A stretch of DNA of 58,943 nucleotides, from positions 1 through 58,943 of IMG/VR virus record IMGVR_UViG_3300028883_000054, one strand, 5' to 3'. This DNA is from a virus. Its lineage: Duplodnaviria; Caudoviricetes. Shown here in pieces: positions 1 to 8,957 of this stretch. Made by a program: the position numbers and the translations under genes. The notes under the pieces are model-generated. The model was not told the origin of the DNA, did not search any database, and saw only the letters and a list, made by a program, of their open reading frames with translations. Each line of letters starts with the position of its first letter. Position 1 is the stretch's first letter.

Positions 1-149
1 AAATTGTTGGTACCACTTGGAAATTAACTATAACTACGAAAAAAGACAATAAAACTCATGTCGAATTTAGGGAGAATGAATCCGCAAAATTGGAAATATT
101 AATGTTTGCTACATCAAGAGGATTTTTCAAAAATTTAGAAGAATTATAA
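1..149 (+). CDS. 3' part of second copy of early gene 54879..55187 (5' part at 58926..58943)
   Basis: 1-152 matches 55039-55190 with one synonymous change (TTC/TTT); TAA at 147-149. Confidence 0.85.
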   Translation, partial: IVGTTWKLTITTKKDNKTHVEFRENESAKLEILMFATSRGFFKNLEEL

Positions 150-160
150 TAATTTAATTA

Positions 161-198
161 AAACCTATTGCCCCGTCATTAAGACGGGACATTAATAA
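161..198 (+). repeat. intergenic hairpin repeat, copy A
   Basis: TGCCCCGTC-ATTAA-GACGGGACA; second copy at 56861-56898. Confidence 0.75.
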
Positions 199-211
199 GA
201 AGAATTGTGTT

Positions 212-403
212 ATGTTAACAGAAAATCTTAAAATAGGTGATCAAGTACGAGATAAATATGGAAATATAGGGGAAGTTATAGAATTACATGGCAATCGTTA
301 TACACGATGCAATGTATTAATAAAAAGAGGGAATAACAGCACTAATGATAAAATAATTGTTAAACAACTATGGTATATAATCAGGACTTTAGAAATAATC
401 TAA
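212..403 (+). CDS. hypothetical protein (possible SH3/KOW-like barrel)
   Basis: LKIGDQV...GNIGEVIE pattern. Confidence 0.55.
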   Translation: MLTENLKIGDQVRDKYGNIGEVIELHGNRYTRCNVLIKRGNNSTNDKIIVKQLWYIIRTLEII

Positions 404-418
404 ATTAGGAGTAAAGTC

Positions 419-640
419 ATGGATACAAGATTAAATAGAATTCGAGATTATTTAATAGAAACAGAATTGTTTGGAAAATATAATCCTCGCCATATACTTG
501 CATGGATGTATTCAGAGAACAATACGCTTAATAACTTAACACAAATCGAGTTTACAAATGAAATTAAATTAGCATGCAAAACAATTTCTATAGCAGGCAT
601 TGAATTTTCTGAGGATTTAGCGCAAACATTTGGAATATAA
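419..640 (+). CDS. hypothetical phage protein
   Basis: ORF with AGGAG RBS. Confidence 0.7.
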   Translation: MDTRLNRIRDYLIETELFGKYNPRHILAWMYSENNTLNNLTQIEFTNEIKLACKTISIAGIEFSEDLAQTFGI

Positions 641-670
641 TTACCACAAATTTAAAACGAGGAGAAAGTC

Positions 671-1063
671 ATGAAAACACAAAAATTTAATTATCGAGTA
701 GATGCTGAAAACATTAAAACTTTTTACGTCGTTGCTGAAGATTTACAAGAAGCTCAGAAAGAAGCAGTTCGAGAAATTTATAACATCAATCCAAAGTTCA
801 ACTTCGAACAAGACGAACACACCGTTATCAGAGTCCAAAAGTATGAAATCGTAATTGACGGTGAAGTTATTGCAGGTAAAGAAATCGAATTTGACGATGC
901 TTATGAATTTGACGACTCACCTTCAATTAATGAATTCGAGAACGATATTAGAAAATATGTAGATGCTGAAGATTTTGAAAAATTTTATCAAGATTGCGAA
1001 GCAGACGAAGAAGGTTGGTATTGGGTAGGTTATTCACTCTCAATTGAAATTCGAAAAGCATAA
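671..1063 (+). CDS. acidic early protein; C-half paralogous to 58063..58344, N-part similar to 57557..57991
   Basis: shared KYE[IL]VIDG, INEFE.DI, [IV]EIR[KR]A motifs; GAGGAG RBS. Confidence 0.8.
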   Translation: MKTQKFNYRVDAENIKTFYVVAEDLQEAQKEAVREIYNINPKFNFEQDEHTVIRVQKYEIVIDGEVIAGKEIEFDDAYEFDDSPSINEFENDIRKYVDAEDFEKFYQDCEADEEGWYWVGYSLSIEIRKA

Positions 1064-1068
1064 ACATC

Positions 1069-1113
1069 CGGGCAACTGCGTAAGACGCCGTCGGTTCATG
1101 GTTGGGTTGCCCG
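1069..1113 (+). ncRNA. candidate three-way-junction RNA/ssDNA element, copy A
   Basis: CGGGCAAC/GTTGCCCG closing stem, GCG-TAAGA-CGC hairpin, GTTCA-loop hairpin; within a ~120 bp repeat (1046-1166 vs 58327-58447). Confidence 0.6.
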
Positions 1114-1160
1114 CAAAGATCTATTAAATAAGAATATTAAATAAAATCGAGGAGAAAGCC

Positions 1161-1391
1161 ATGGAACAAGCGAAAGAACCCAAGAAAGGATTTAAAGGGA
1201 TTAAGTTTTATTCATTGATACACGAGGGGAGTCGATTTTATACTCAAATGGCTTTTAGTTTTAATGACGACCCAGCGCCTCATGAATCTGTATTTATGTA
1301 TGCCTTAAAAGAAAAAGAATTTAAAGAAAAGCTTAATGGGTTAAGTTGGACCCAATATGCTATCAAGCATATCAATTTTAAGACATCTTAA
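1161..1391 (+). CDS. hypothetical protein
   Basis: ORF with GAGGAG RBS. Confidence 0.7.
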   Translation: MEQAKEPKKGFKGIKFYSLIHEGSRFYTQMAFSFNDDPAPHESVFMYALKEKEFKEKLNGLSWTQYAIKHINFKTS

Positions 1392-1452
1392 AATTGATAA
1401 ATAAAAGAGTAATTTTATGATAAATTTATTAAAAGAAATAAAGGAGTAAATT

Positions 1453-1728
1453 ATGAAACGAGGGAAAATAGCAATCGCAAACTTAGAAAAAAACAATTCT
1501 TTAACCCTATATGAGCCTTGTTGTTGTAGCGATAAGTCTCCGCAGACTCCGACAAGTCATTACCATGAGGCTATTGATATAAAGTTAAAGAATGGAAAAT
1601 ATTATTATAGAGTAGATTCAACAGCCTCCACGATGCTGCGTCTTCATGAACAAGAAGATTTCAAGGAAATATCAAAAGATGATTTAATTAGCCTTATAGA
1701 TAATGAATATAGGGATTATACGTTTTAA
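1453..1728 (+). CDS. hypothetical protein
   Basis: ORF with AAGGAG RBS. Confidence 0.7.
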   Translation: MKRGKIAIANLEKNNSLTLYEPCCCSDKSPQTPTSHYHEAIDIKLKNGKYYYRVDSTASTMLRLHEQEDFKEISKDDLISLIDNEYRDYTF

Positions 1729-1759
1729 ATTTCCTAACATCCAGCGGCGGGAGGAAAAA

Positions 1760-2314
1760 ATGATTAATGCTGAAAAATATGCAGGCTATTTAAGATATTA
1801 TAGTTTTACGACTTGGAAAGTTAATGTATTGACTTTTGAGGAGACCGTACAATTTGTATATCTTGCTTGGGTAGAATTAGGACAACCGAAGGACAAAGAA
1901 AATGAAATTAATTTTGATGTCCTTAATAAAACAAGAGAATATCTTTATAAATTTTCAAAACATTATCGTATTGAGAAATATTATAATGACAAGAAAGATT
2001 TTTCATCTTCTGATTCTGAAAATGATAAAATGCGCTTTGTAAAAATGATATTAAAGTTTTATGAAACGCATACGGCAACAGAAACAATTAAGTTTTTTAA
2101 TCTTAAGGATACACGAAAAATAAGAAAGACATTATCTGAACTTTTGCCGAAACCTCAGAGAAATTCCGGAAAAAAATTTGGAGAAAAAAGGAAGAAAATT
2201 AACACCAATGAAACATATAATCAATTAATTAAACGAGGTATCCCAAAAGCGACGGCATGGAGAGCGTCGCAAAGAGGATACTATTATAAAAAATGCGAGG
2301 AGAAATTATCATGA
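1760..2314 (+). CDS. basic hypothetical protein, possible C-terminal HTH
   Basis: start moved to ATG 1760 after GGGAGG; C-terminal LIKRGIPKATAWRA. Confidence 0.6.
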   Translation: MINAEKYAGYLRYYSFTTWKVNVLTFEETVQFVYLAWVELGQPKDKENEINFDVLNKTREYLYKFSKHYRIEKYYNDKKDFSSSDSENDKMRFVKMILKFYETHTATETIKFFNLKDTRKIRKTLSELLPKPQRNSGKKFGEKRKKINTNETYNQLIKRGIPKATAWRASQRGYYYKKCEEKLS

Positions 2315-2964
2315 GATATTGTATTCAATGCGGAGACGAAATTAAAGATACTGGACACTTAAAAGAAGTCCTTGGACTAAAAAACGATCCGAAATATTGT
2401 GAAAAGTGCAGGCGAAAAATTCGCGGATACAGGAATAAAAATACCGTTGAAAGAATAGAAATTAAAAGATGGGATAATTGTATTTTTAGGAACTTCCCAT
2501 TTAAACCCGAGAAGTCAACTAATGACGTATATGATATTTATTACATCGGAGGGCGTAATTGGGGAAATTGGGGAGGCGTTGAATTTAAGGAGAAATATCT
2601 AATTTTTATAAATAAAGGCCTCGATCCCGAGAAACCAGTAATGATTAGGAAAATGGAAAAAACTTGGAAGAAAATAAATACTGTTAATAATAAAGAAATT
2701 ATCACAACCGGGACAAATGAATATTTAACAATCGATCAAGCACAAGATACAGAGTTGCCTAAAAAAAATATTTATTATTTCTGTGATTATTATAAGACCA
2801 CCCTTAAAGGCAATGGTCGCGACAGGAATTTAAAGCATCAAGTTTCAGGAGAATATGATATTATTCTTAATGGAAATTCATCCTGTCGATCAGGCCGACA
2901 TGGGAATTCATGGGAATTAATAGTCGGCAAGAATCTCAAAATTACAGAAACAGGAATTTCTTGA
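2311..2964 (+). CDS. hypothetical protein with N-terminal Zn ribbon
   Basis: CxxC...CxxC; GAGGAG RBS before ATG 2311. Confidence 0.7.
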   Translation: MRYCIQCGDEIKDTGHLKEVLGLKNDPKYCEKCRRKIRGYRNKNTVERIEIKRWDNCIFRNFPFKPEKSTNDVYDIYYIGGRNWGNWGGVEFKEKYLIFINKGLDPEKPVMIRKMEKTWKKINTVNNKEIITTGTNEYLTIDQAQDTELPKKNIYYFCDYYKTTLKGNGRDRNLKHQVSGEYDIILNGNSSCRSGRHGNSWELIVGKNLKITETGIS

Positions 2965-3148
2965 TAGTTAATTATTATATCTTTATCAAACACAGTCTCA
3001 ATCCTTTAAATACCTAACCGGATTCTCGAAATAGCCCGCGCAGAAATCGAGGATCCGAGTTTAAAAAATATTTTTAATAATATAAACAGAATCCAATATC
3101 AAGAACGATTTTAATTAAAGCCTCTTGATGTATTGGGAAAGGATTAAA

Positions 3149-3358
3149 ATGCCAAAAAAACTCACGGAAAAAGTACAAAAACAGATAACCTTTTCAGTAA
3201 ATTTAAGCGTTATCGAAAGATTTCAAAATTTATATCCGGATTTAAACAATCCAGCATCATTTATCCAGCTGGTGAATGACTTTGAAAACGTTAAGGCTGA
3301 AAGAGATAGACTCTTAAATGAGCTTATTGAAATCGGCAAAATAGGAGCTGCGCAATGA
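3149..3358 (+). CDS. small hypothetical protein (possible ribbon-helix-helix plus coiled coil)
   Basis: QITFSV strand followed by helices; AAGGA RBS. Confidence 0.5.
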   Translation: MPKKLTEKVQKQITFSVNLSVIERFQNLYPDLNNPASFIQLVNDFENVKAERDRLLNELIEIGKIGAAQ

Positions 3359-4134
3359 AACCAATAAAGCAAATTACTGTTGAGAGTCTTTTCCAAGTTC
3401 GCAAAGATATTTTAAAGCGCTTGGAAAATATCAGACAGTTAGAAACTGAAATAAACCAAATTTGTGATTCGCATGGTCTGTCCACAAGTGCGGACAGATT
3501 ATTGAATCGAGGTCAATATCATCATCACTCAGAAAATGACCTTGATAAATCGCTATGGTATCTATTAGCTAATATATCAAATTTAAACGGAACTATGTCA
3601 AGAAAAGCAAGAAAGAAGTTTGATGATATGGTTGAGGGCAAAACACCTAAATTTGAACGTGAGAAGGTGTGTGAAATTACTCAAAATATTAAACAAATAT
3701 ATTCGGCCAATATCAATCAACTTCTTCACGAAGTTTACAGTAGCTTGATCGGCTGTTGTTACCATGGATCAAGCTGCAACCACAAAAGACATAATCTGAC
3801 AAAAGTCAACCAAAAATTTAGAATTTGGTACAGCCGTCACTTTGACTGGGCGCAGTTAGGGGATAGCGTGTTCCCTGACCTCTACAAATTATGTAAAATC
3901 CTGGATGGTAAAAATGAGTCCGCGAATTATGCGGACAGCCCTTTTAAAAATTATATAAAAAAGTTAGACCCTATTGAAACAGATTATTTTGATTTAAAGC
4001 TTTATAAAAACGGCAACGCCTTAGTCACGTTCAAGCGCTTGGACATCCTCCAAATAATCAATAAGTACGGAGGAGGAAACGCATTGCCGGATGTAATGGG
4101 GAAACGGTATAAACAAGAACATTTTAATTTATGA
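3355..4134 (+). CDS. DUF4942-like protein
   Basis: DLYKLCKILDGK and ETDYFDLKLYKNGNALVTFKRLD motifs. Confidence 0.7.
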   Translation: MKPIKQITVESLFQVRKDILKRLENIRQLETEINQICDSHGLSTSADRLLNRGQYHHHSENDLDKSLWYLLANISNLNGTMSRKARKKFDDMVEGKTPKFEREKVCEITQNIKQIYSANINQLLHEVYSSLIGCCYHGSSCNHKRHNLTKVNQKFRIWYSRHFDWAQLGDSVFPDLYKLCKILDGKNESANYADSPFKNYIKKLDPIETDYFDLKLYKNGNALVTFKRLDILQIINKYGGGNALPDVMGKRYKQEHFNL

Positions 4135-4145
4135 GGAGATATATA

Positions 4146-4466
4146 ATGGATTGTTTGTATAAGACAACTTACGAGGATAAAAAAATTTGGGGAGATTCTT
4201 TTTGTGGACCAACAAAATTTATTCACGGAAAAGAAACATTAATCTCGAGAATAATTAAAAGATCTCCAGATGGCCAGACTGTTGAGGTCTATTGTACTGC
4301 CATGCCGGCAAGATTTTACACAATAAAAGTTCTGGAAGGGGAAAAAAGCGTATATGCCTATAAAAAACAATTTGAATTTAGAACCGGATCGGGATATGGA
4401 ATGCAAGAACTTTCGAAATTAATAGCAAATGCCATTGCTGAAGGGATGCTTAATCTAACCAAATAA
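4146..4466 (+). CDS. hypothetical protein
   Basis: GAGGAG RBS before ATG 4146. Confidence 0.65.
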   Translation: MDCLYKTTYEDKKIWGDSFCGPTKFIHGKETLISRIIKRSPDGQTVEVYCTAMPARFYTIKVLEGEKSVYAYKKQFEFRTGSGYGMQELSKLIANAIAEGMLNLTK

Positions 4467-4512
4467 TTTTTTGATTTCTATATTATAGAATTTAATTTCC
4501 TGTTTTTTTCTC

Positions 4513-4541
4513 TTGACATTTATAATTATTATTATTATATT
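4513..4541 (+). promoter_or_regulatory. sigma70-type promoter for the replication/middle operon
   Basis: TTGACA-17-TATATT in an AT-rich gap. Confidence 0.75.
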
Positions 4542-4591
4542 TTATTATTATAAATACTTATTCATTTTATTAAATATTCAAGGATATTAAC

Positions 4592-4771
4592 ATGAAATCA
4601 AAAAAAAAGGTATTGCAAATCCAATTACCCGCTAAAGAATTGGATGTTCTCGATGGGATGGCGGAAAAGGTTTTCTTAAATAGGGCTTCTTTTGCAAGGA
4701 ATGTCTTATTAAAAACAATACAGACAATGCCAGAGTACAAGAAAGTCAAGGAAGAATTAGGTATTATTTAA
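4592..4771 (+). CDS. ribbon-helix-helix (CopG/Arc-like) regulator, 59 aa, below ORF-track cutoff
   Basis: MKSKKKVLQIQLPAKELDVLDGMAEKVFLNRASFARNVLL; first gene after promoter. Confidence 0.7.
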   Translation: MKSKKKVLQIQLPAKELDVLDGMAEKVFLNRASFARNVLLKTIQTMPEYKKVKEELGII

Positions 4772-4954
4772 TCTTTTATATATGGGAGGAAAAGTGTTAT
4801 CAAATATTGATCGAAAAATATATTCAAAGCTTTTCAGTCTTTATAGGAACGAGCATTATGATATAGTGAGTTCTATTAGACGAGCGGTAAGAGCAATCCA
4901 AGAAGCGAAAAGAAGGTCGGTAAGATAATATAAATAAAAGTTAGAGGGTTAGAA

Positions 4955-5140
4955 ATGATTTTTATATCAATCCTGATTTACTTCATTACGCACATACATA
5001 TATATATTATTGTCGCGTCTGTATGTGCAATGTTCCTGCCATTTCTTCTTATTGGCAGTCTCGTCTTTTTTTGGCGGTTTGGTGGATATACCTATGTCGC
5101 CGTAAAGAATGATGAGTTTAAAAAGGATCAATTTAAATAA
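4955..5140 (+). CDS. small membrane protein
   Basis: long hydrophobic stretch. Confidence 0.5.
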   Translation: MIFISILIYFITHIHIYIIVASVCAMFLPFLLIGSLVFFWRFGGYTYVAVKNDEFKKDQFK

Positions 5141-5167
5141 TTTATAAAAAATCAAAACGAGGGAAAT

Positions 5168-6502
5168 ATGACAAATAATGATTATATGGAAGTCTATCAG
5201 GTCGGGGGAGTCCAAGAGGTAGACGAGAGAAACCTGCCTCAAGAAAGCAGGTCTGATCATGGTTCTGCTGTAATACAAACAGACTCGACGCCTTCATTTG
5301 CTGAGCTTTATAATGGCATTGCGAAAGATGCTTTCTCAAGAAAAGTAACGGATATTTTAACTGCTAATATAGATCCTTTGACAGTTGAAATTAAGCCTGA
5401 TGGTTTGATTTATTTGCCTGAAATCAAGTATAGGCAAATTCTAAATGAAGCTTTTGGGGTTGGAGCCTACTCGTTTCTAATTCGGGATAAAAAATCAGAA
5501 ACGATTTCCGGGAAACAAATCAGAGTGCACATCAACCTTATAATGTACATTGAGGGGCGTTACCACTCTGAAGCATGGGGAGCGGCTGATTACTGGCAAA
5601 ATAATTCAAACAGCGATTATTCAACCGCATTTGAAAGCGCGAAAAGCGTTGCAATCCGGAGATGTTGTAAAGATCTTGGGATCGCCTCGGAGTTATGGGA
5701 TCCTCAATTTATTCGAAAGTGGAAAAAAGAATTTAGTATTAAAGTCTTTTGTGATAATCAAAAAACCGGAGAAACGAGAGTCCTTTGGCGACGAAAAGAT
5801 GTTGATCCGTTTGATTATCCATGGAGAGAACGGAGTAACGGATTAAATCAACACAAACCGAAGAATCAACAAAATCCTCGACAGGAACCTCAACAAAATA
5901 CTACTATTCAGTCACAGAAATCAAGTAAAAATTTACCAGTAGTAAAAGGCCGGAAAATCAGTTTTGAGTCTGATGGCGAAAAAGTCTCCGGTTATTGGAA
6001 TGGGAAAACATATCCATCCAATAAAAACGATTATCGAATTTATATCGGTCAAAAACAATATCACATCGATAAAAATCTTTTAACCGAAATAAGTAAGGAT
6101 CCAGAGTCACTACCAAAAGAGGAAAATAAAAAACAACAACCTATGCCCGATAAGGACTCACCAGAATATTTTAGAAATAAAATTCGAAATTTCTTAAAGC
6201 CTATGGTACTTTCGGAATTTATTGATCAAAGTTATTATGACTCGATTGATCAATTAATTTCAAAGATTAATGACATTGACGAATTAAAAAAACAGATCCT
6301 CAACGTTAATAATCAGATGGTAAGTAGAGCCCGCTCGCATACGACAGCTCTACTCACTAATTATCACGATCAAGGATCTATTCGTGATCCATTATACAAA
6401 AAATATTGCGTTGAGTTAGAAGAAGCCAATACATTAGATATCATTAGGGGAATATTGGGCGATATGACCGCCGAGGTAAATCGTATAAAAGAGCGAGGAT
6501 AA
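5168..6502 (+). CDS. Rad52/Rad22-family single-strand annealing protein, Mgm101-like
   Basis: EIKPDGLIYLPEIKYRQILNEAFG and RCCKDLGIASELWDPQFI match the Mgm101 core as I recall it. Confidence 0.85.
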   Translation: MTNNDYMEVYQVGGVQEVDERNLPQESRSDHGSAVIQTDSTPSFAELYNGIAKDAFSRKVTDILTANIDPLTVEIKPDGLIYLPEIKYRQILNEAFGVGAYSFLIRDKKSETISGKQIRVHINLIMYIEGRYHSEAWGAADYWQNNSNSDYSTAFESAKSVAIRRCCKDLGIASELWDPQFIRKWKKEFSIKVFCDNQKTGETRVLWRRKDVDPFDYPWRERSNGLNQHKPKNQQNPRQEPQQNTTIQSQKSSKNLPVVKGRKISFESDGEKVSGYWNGKTYPSNKNDYRIYIGQKQYHIDKNLLTEISKDPESLPKEENKKQQPMPDKDSPEYFRNKIRNFLKPMVLSEFIDQSYYDSIDQLISKINDIDELKKQILNVNNQMVSRARSHTTALLTNYHDQGSIRDPLYKKYCVELEEANTLDIIRGILGDMTAEVNRIKERG

Positions 6503-6631
6503 AATGGAATTATACTGCGAACAATGCGGGAGGAAACAGGGGGCTAATGAAATATTCTCTGATGAACTAATTTGCTTTGATTGTCGGCTCAATAATTTAT
6601 ATGAAGGTAAAAAAAACTTACGAGGAAGAAA

Positions 6632-7021
6632 ATGCATAAGGTTGAATTCTACATACAGGCGAACCGAAAAAAAGAAATAGTTGTACTTAACGGTGAACCT
6701 AAAAAAATTATTCATATAGGTCTAAATCAAGAAATTGATGGTGAAGTTTTAAGAAGAGATTCAATTATAAAAATACGGAAAAATGATTATCCGTTTATTT
6801 ATGATGGACATTATTATGAATTAATAGAATGCCCGTACTGTCATGGACGTTCTATTACAGAAAATAGATATTGCCATTTCTGTGGACGAAGTGGCTGTTT
6901 TGTACAAATAAGAAATTTAAACCCGAAACCGGATGACTCGATGAAAAATTATCTTTTAAAAGATTTAGGGGAAGATGACTGGAAAAATCGAGTCTTGCGG
7001 CAAAATATGAACATTTGGTAA
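6632..7021 (+). CDS. hypothetical protein with DnaJ-type Zn-finger repeats
   Basis: CPYCHG...CHFCGRSG. Confidence 0.65.
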   Translation: MHKVEFYIQANRKKEIVVLNGEPKKIIHIGLNQEIDGEVLRRDSIIKIRKNDYPFIYDGHYYELIECPYCHGRSITENRYCHFCGRSGCFVQIRNLNPKPDDSMKNYLLKDLGEDDWKNRVLRQNMNIW

Positions 7022-7032
7022 GGAGAAAAAAT

Positions 7033-7605
7033 ATGGCAAAAGAAATTTGGGTCGATACCGAAACGACCGGGACAGATCCATTAAAGCACGGACTTATTCA
7101 ATTGTCCGGAATTGTAGTAATAGATAATATCGAAAAAGAGCGATTTGATTGGTTTATCAGACCTTTCGAAGGTGACGTAATTGAAGAACAGGCCCTTGAG
7201 CGAAATGGAATCAAAAAAGAGGATTTCTCTGATTTCAGAGAGCCCCGAGGAGCGTTTATTGATTTCATCAACCTTCTTAATAGATATGTTGACAAGTATG
7301 ATAAGAAGGATAAATTTCATTTTATCGCGTATAATGCGCGATTCGATGATGATTTTTTAAGAGCATTTTTTAGGAAAAACGTTAATTTATATTACGGAGC
7401 ATATTTTTTCTTCCCGCCGCTTGATGTGATGGATAAAGCGGCGTGGGAGTTTAAAGAAATTCGTGCGTCATTACCGAACTTCCAACTTGGGACGATTGCA
7501 AAATTCCTCAAGATTGAAATCGATGAAAATCGTCTCCACGATGCGCTTTATGACATCGAGACGACAATGAACGTATATAAAAGACTTCAGGAAATTAAAC
7601 AATGA
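7033..7605 (+). CDS. DEDDh 3'-5' exonuclease (DnaQ-like)
   Basis: DTETTG, YNARFD, LHDALYD motifs. Confidence 0.9.
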   Translation: MAKEIWVDTETTGTDPLKHGLIQLSGIVVIDNIEKERFDWFIRPFEGDVIEEQALERNGIKKEDFSDFREPRGAFIDFINLLNRYVDKYDKKDKFHFIAYNARFDDDFLRAFFRKNVNLYYGAYFFFPPLDVMDKAAWEFKEIRASLPNFQLGTIAKFLKIEIDENRLHDALYDIETTMNVYKRLQEIKQ

Positions 7606-8375
7606 GGCATGAAAGATTAGGAATTCTTCCAAGACGGAAAAACTGGCAAAGTATCGTGGATGATATCAGGCTAGCATTAGATGGTGATCTTTCTGAAACT
7701 GCAATACTTATTTCAAATACATTAGATAAAGTTAGTGATCGCTACAAGAAAATTTTTAACGACTCTGGTGTGCAGGCAGCCTTTGCATATCTTGTCGCTT
7801 TATCGACAAAGGATTTACCTTTAGAAACTGGGCTTACTTCTGTAGAAATTAATCTAGATAAAAATCCTTCAATTTTTCGGATTACTGCTGATCTTTCAAG
7901 CTGGGTCGATGCACACGCAAGCTCAAACGAATATGCTGAACTTGCTTGCCGTGCAGCAGCTGATACAATAACTAAATGGTCTCGCCAAAAATCAATTCAA
8001 CAGAATTTATTTGATGATTCATCAAATGCAAATAATGTTTGGTCGGGAATTGATGGAAGAGGATTTTGTGACATTGCACGAACTTTTTTTGCAAAATTTA
8101 CTGAAAGGTATATCAAATATTTTATTGAAAGAAGTGCTTCTGCCGAAACTAAATCTTTGCATGATAGAGAGCGATTTGAAAATGTTTTATCAGAACACAT
8201 TGAATCGATTTCTCAACATGCTTTTGAAACATCAAAAATCACACAATCTTTTTCTACTGGGTGGTTCAATAAGACTGCAAAGAGTCATAGACCTACAAAT
8301 GATGAAATTTCTGGATTTTTAGCAGTTGCCTTTGGCAAATTGCATGAAGAATTATCTAGGGAGGGTGTTAGCTAA
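7602..8375 (+). CDS. helical protein resembling partners of QueC-like defence genes (QatB-like, tentative)
   Basis: N-terminus M.H.RLG.LPR...W..[IV]V; ...AFGKLHEEL end; family call from memory. Confidence 0.45.
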   Translation: MRHERLGILPRRKNWQSIVDDIRLALDGDLSETAILISNTLDKVSDRYKKIFNDSGVQAAFAYLVALSTKDLPLETGLTSVEINLDKNPSIFRITADLSSWVDAHASSNEYAELACRAAADTITKWSRQKSIQQNLFDDSSNANNVWSGIDGRGFCDIARTFFAKFTERYIKYFIERSASAETKSLHDRERFENVLSEHIESISQHAFETSKITQSFSTGWFNKTAKSHRPTNDEISGFLAVAFGKLHEELSREGVS

Positions 8376-8707
8376 TGCGTCATCCTTCCAATTATTTAGT
8401 TCTTGCCAATGGAGCAACAAGCGAAAATTATGATCATAGGGGATTATATGATTTTGATTTTATAACTCAGCCACTAAATCCACAAACAAAAACAGTTGCA
8501 CTTGATTACATTAGGCAAGCAATATCTTTTACAAATAATACTCCTGATATGTTTTATGACGAATATTGTTTTGAAATTTCACAATTAATTGACTACATTT
8601 CAACAGAAGAAAGTGATTTAGAAATAGCTGAGAAATTCTTCGAATTAAAAAAACAATATATTGATTCAATTATCCATAAGAATCAAATATCATTATTTGA
8701 GGAGTGA
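8375..8707 (+). CDS. hypothetical protein, possible chimeric remnant
   Basis: coupled to upstream gene (TAATG overlap). Confidence 0.55.
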   Translation: MRHPSNYLVLANGATSENYDHRGLYDFDFITQPLNPQTKTVALDYIRQAISFTNNTPDMFYDEYCFEISQLIDYISTEESDLEIAEKFFELKKQYIDSIIHKNQISLFEE

Positions 8708-8710
8708 ACC

Positions 8711-8899
8711 ATGGAAAAGACAAAAAAGAAAAAAGTAAAGAAAATTAAACCGCCTCCGACACTACAAAATAAGCCCGGCAAAGGCATTTGTCCTGTCCAT
8801 GGCAAAGTTAAGCCGAAATGGGATAAATGTAAATTATGGTACGCGTGCCCGTCATGCGGAGCGCGTATTAAGATCGAGGAAAAAGCTATTTATAATTAA
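8711..8899 (+). CDS. small Zn-ribbon protein
   Basis: CPVH...CPSC; GAGGAG RBS. Confidence 0.6.
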   Translation: MEKTKKKKVKKIKPPPTLQNKPGKGICPVHGKVKPKWDKCKLWYACPSCGARIKIEEKAIYN

Positions 8900-8957
8900 T
8901 CTTGAGAGAAGTGAATAAATAATTTTGATTATTCATTTATTAGAGAAGGCATAGCTT

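Noticed and set aside
1069-1113. Integron attC site
   Set aside because: Ends do not fit RYYYAAC/GTTRRRY and no tyrosine recombinase is visible
2200-2300. Group II intron maturase-like tail (LIKRGIPKATAWRASQRGYY)
   Set aside because: No RT motifs or intron domain V nearby; more simply a small HTH-like segment
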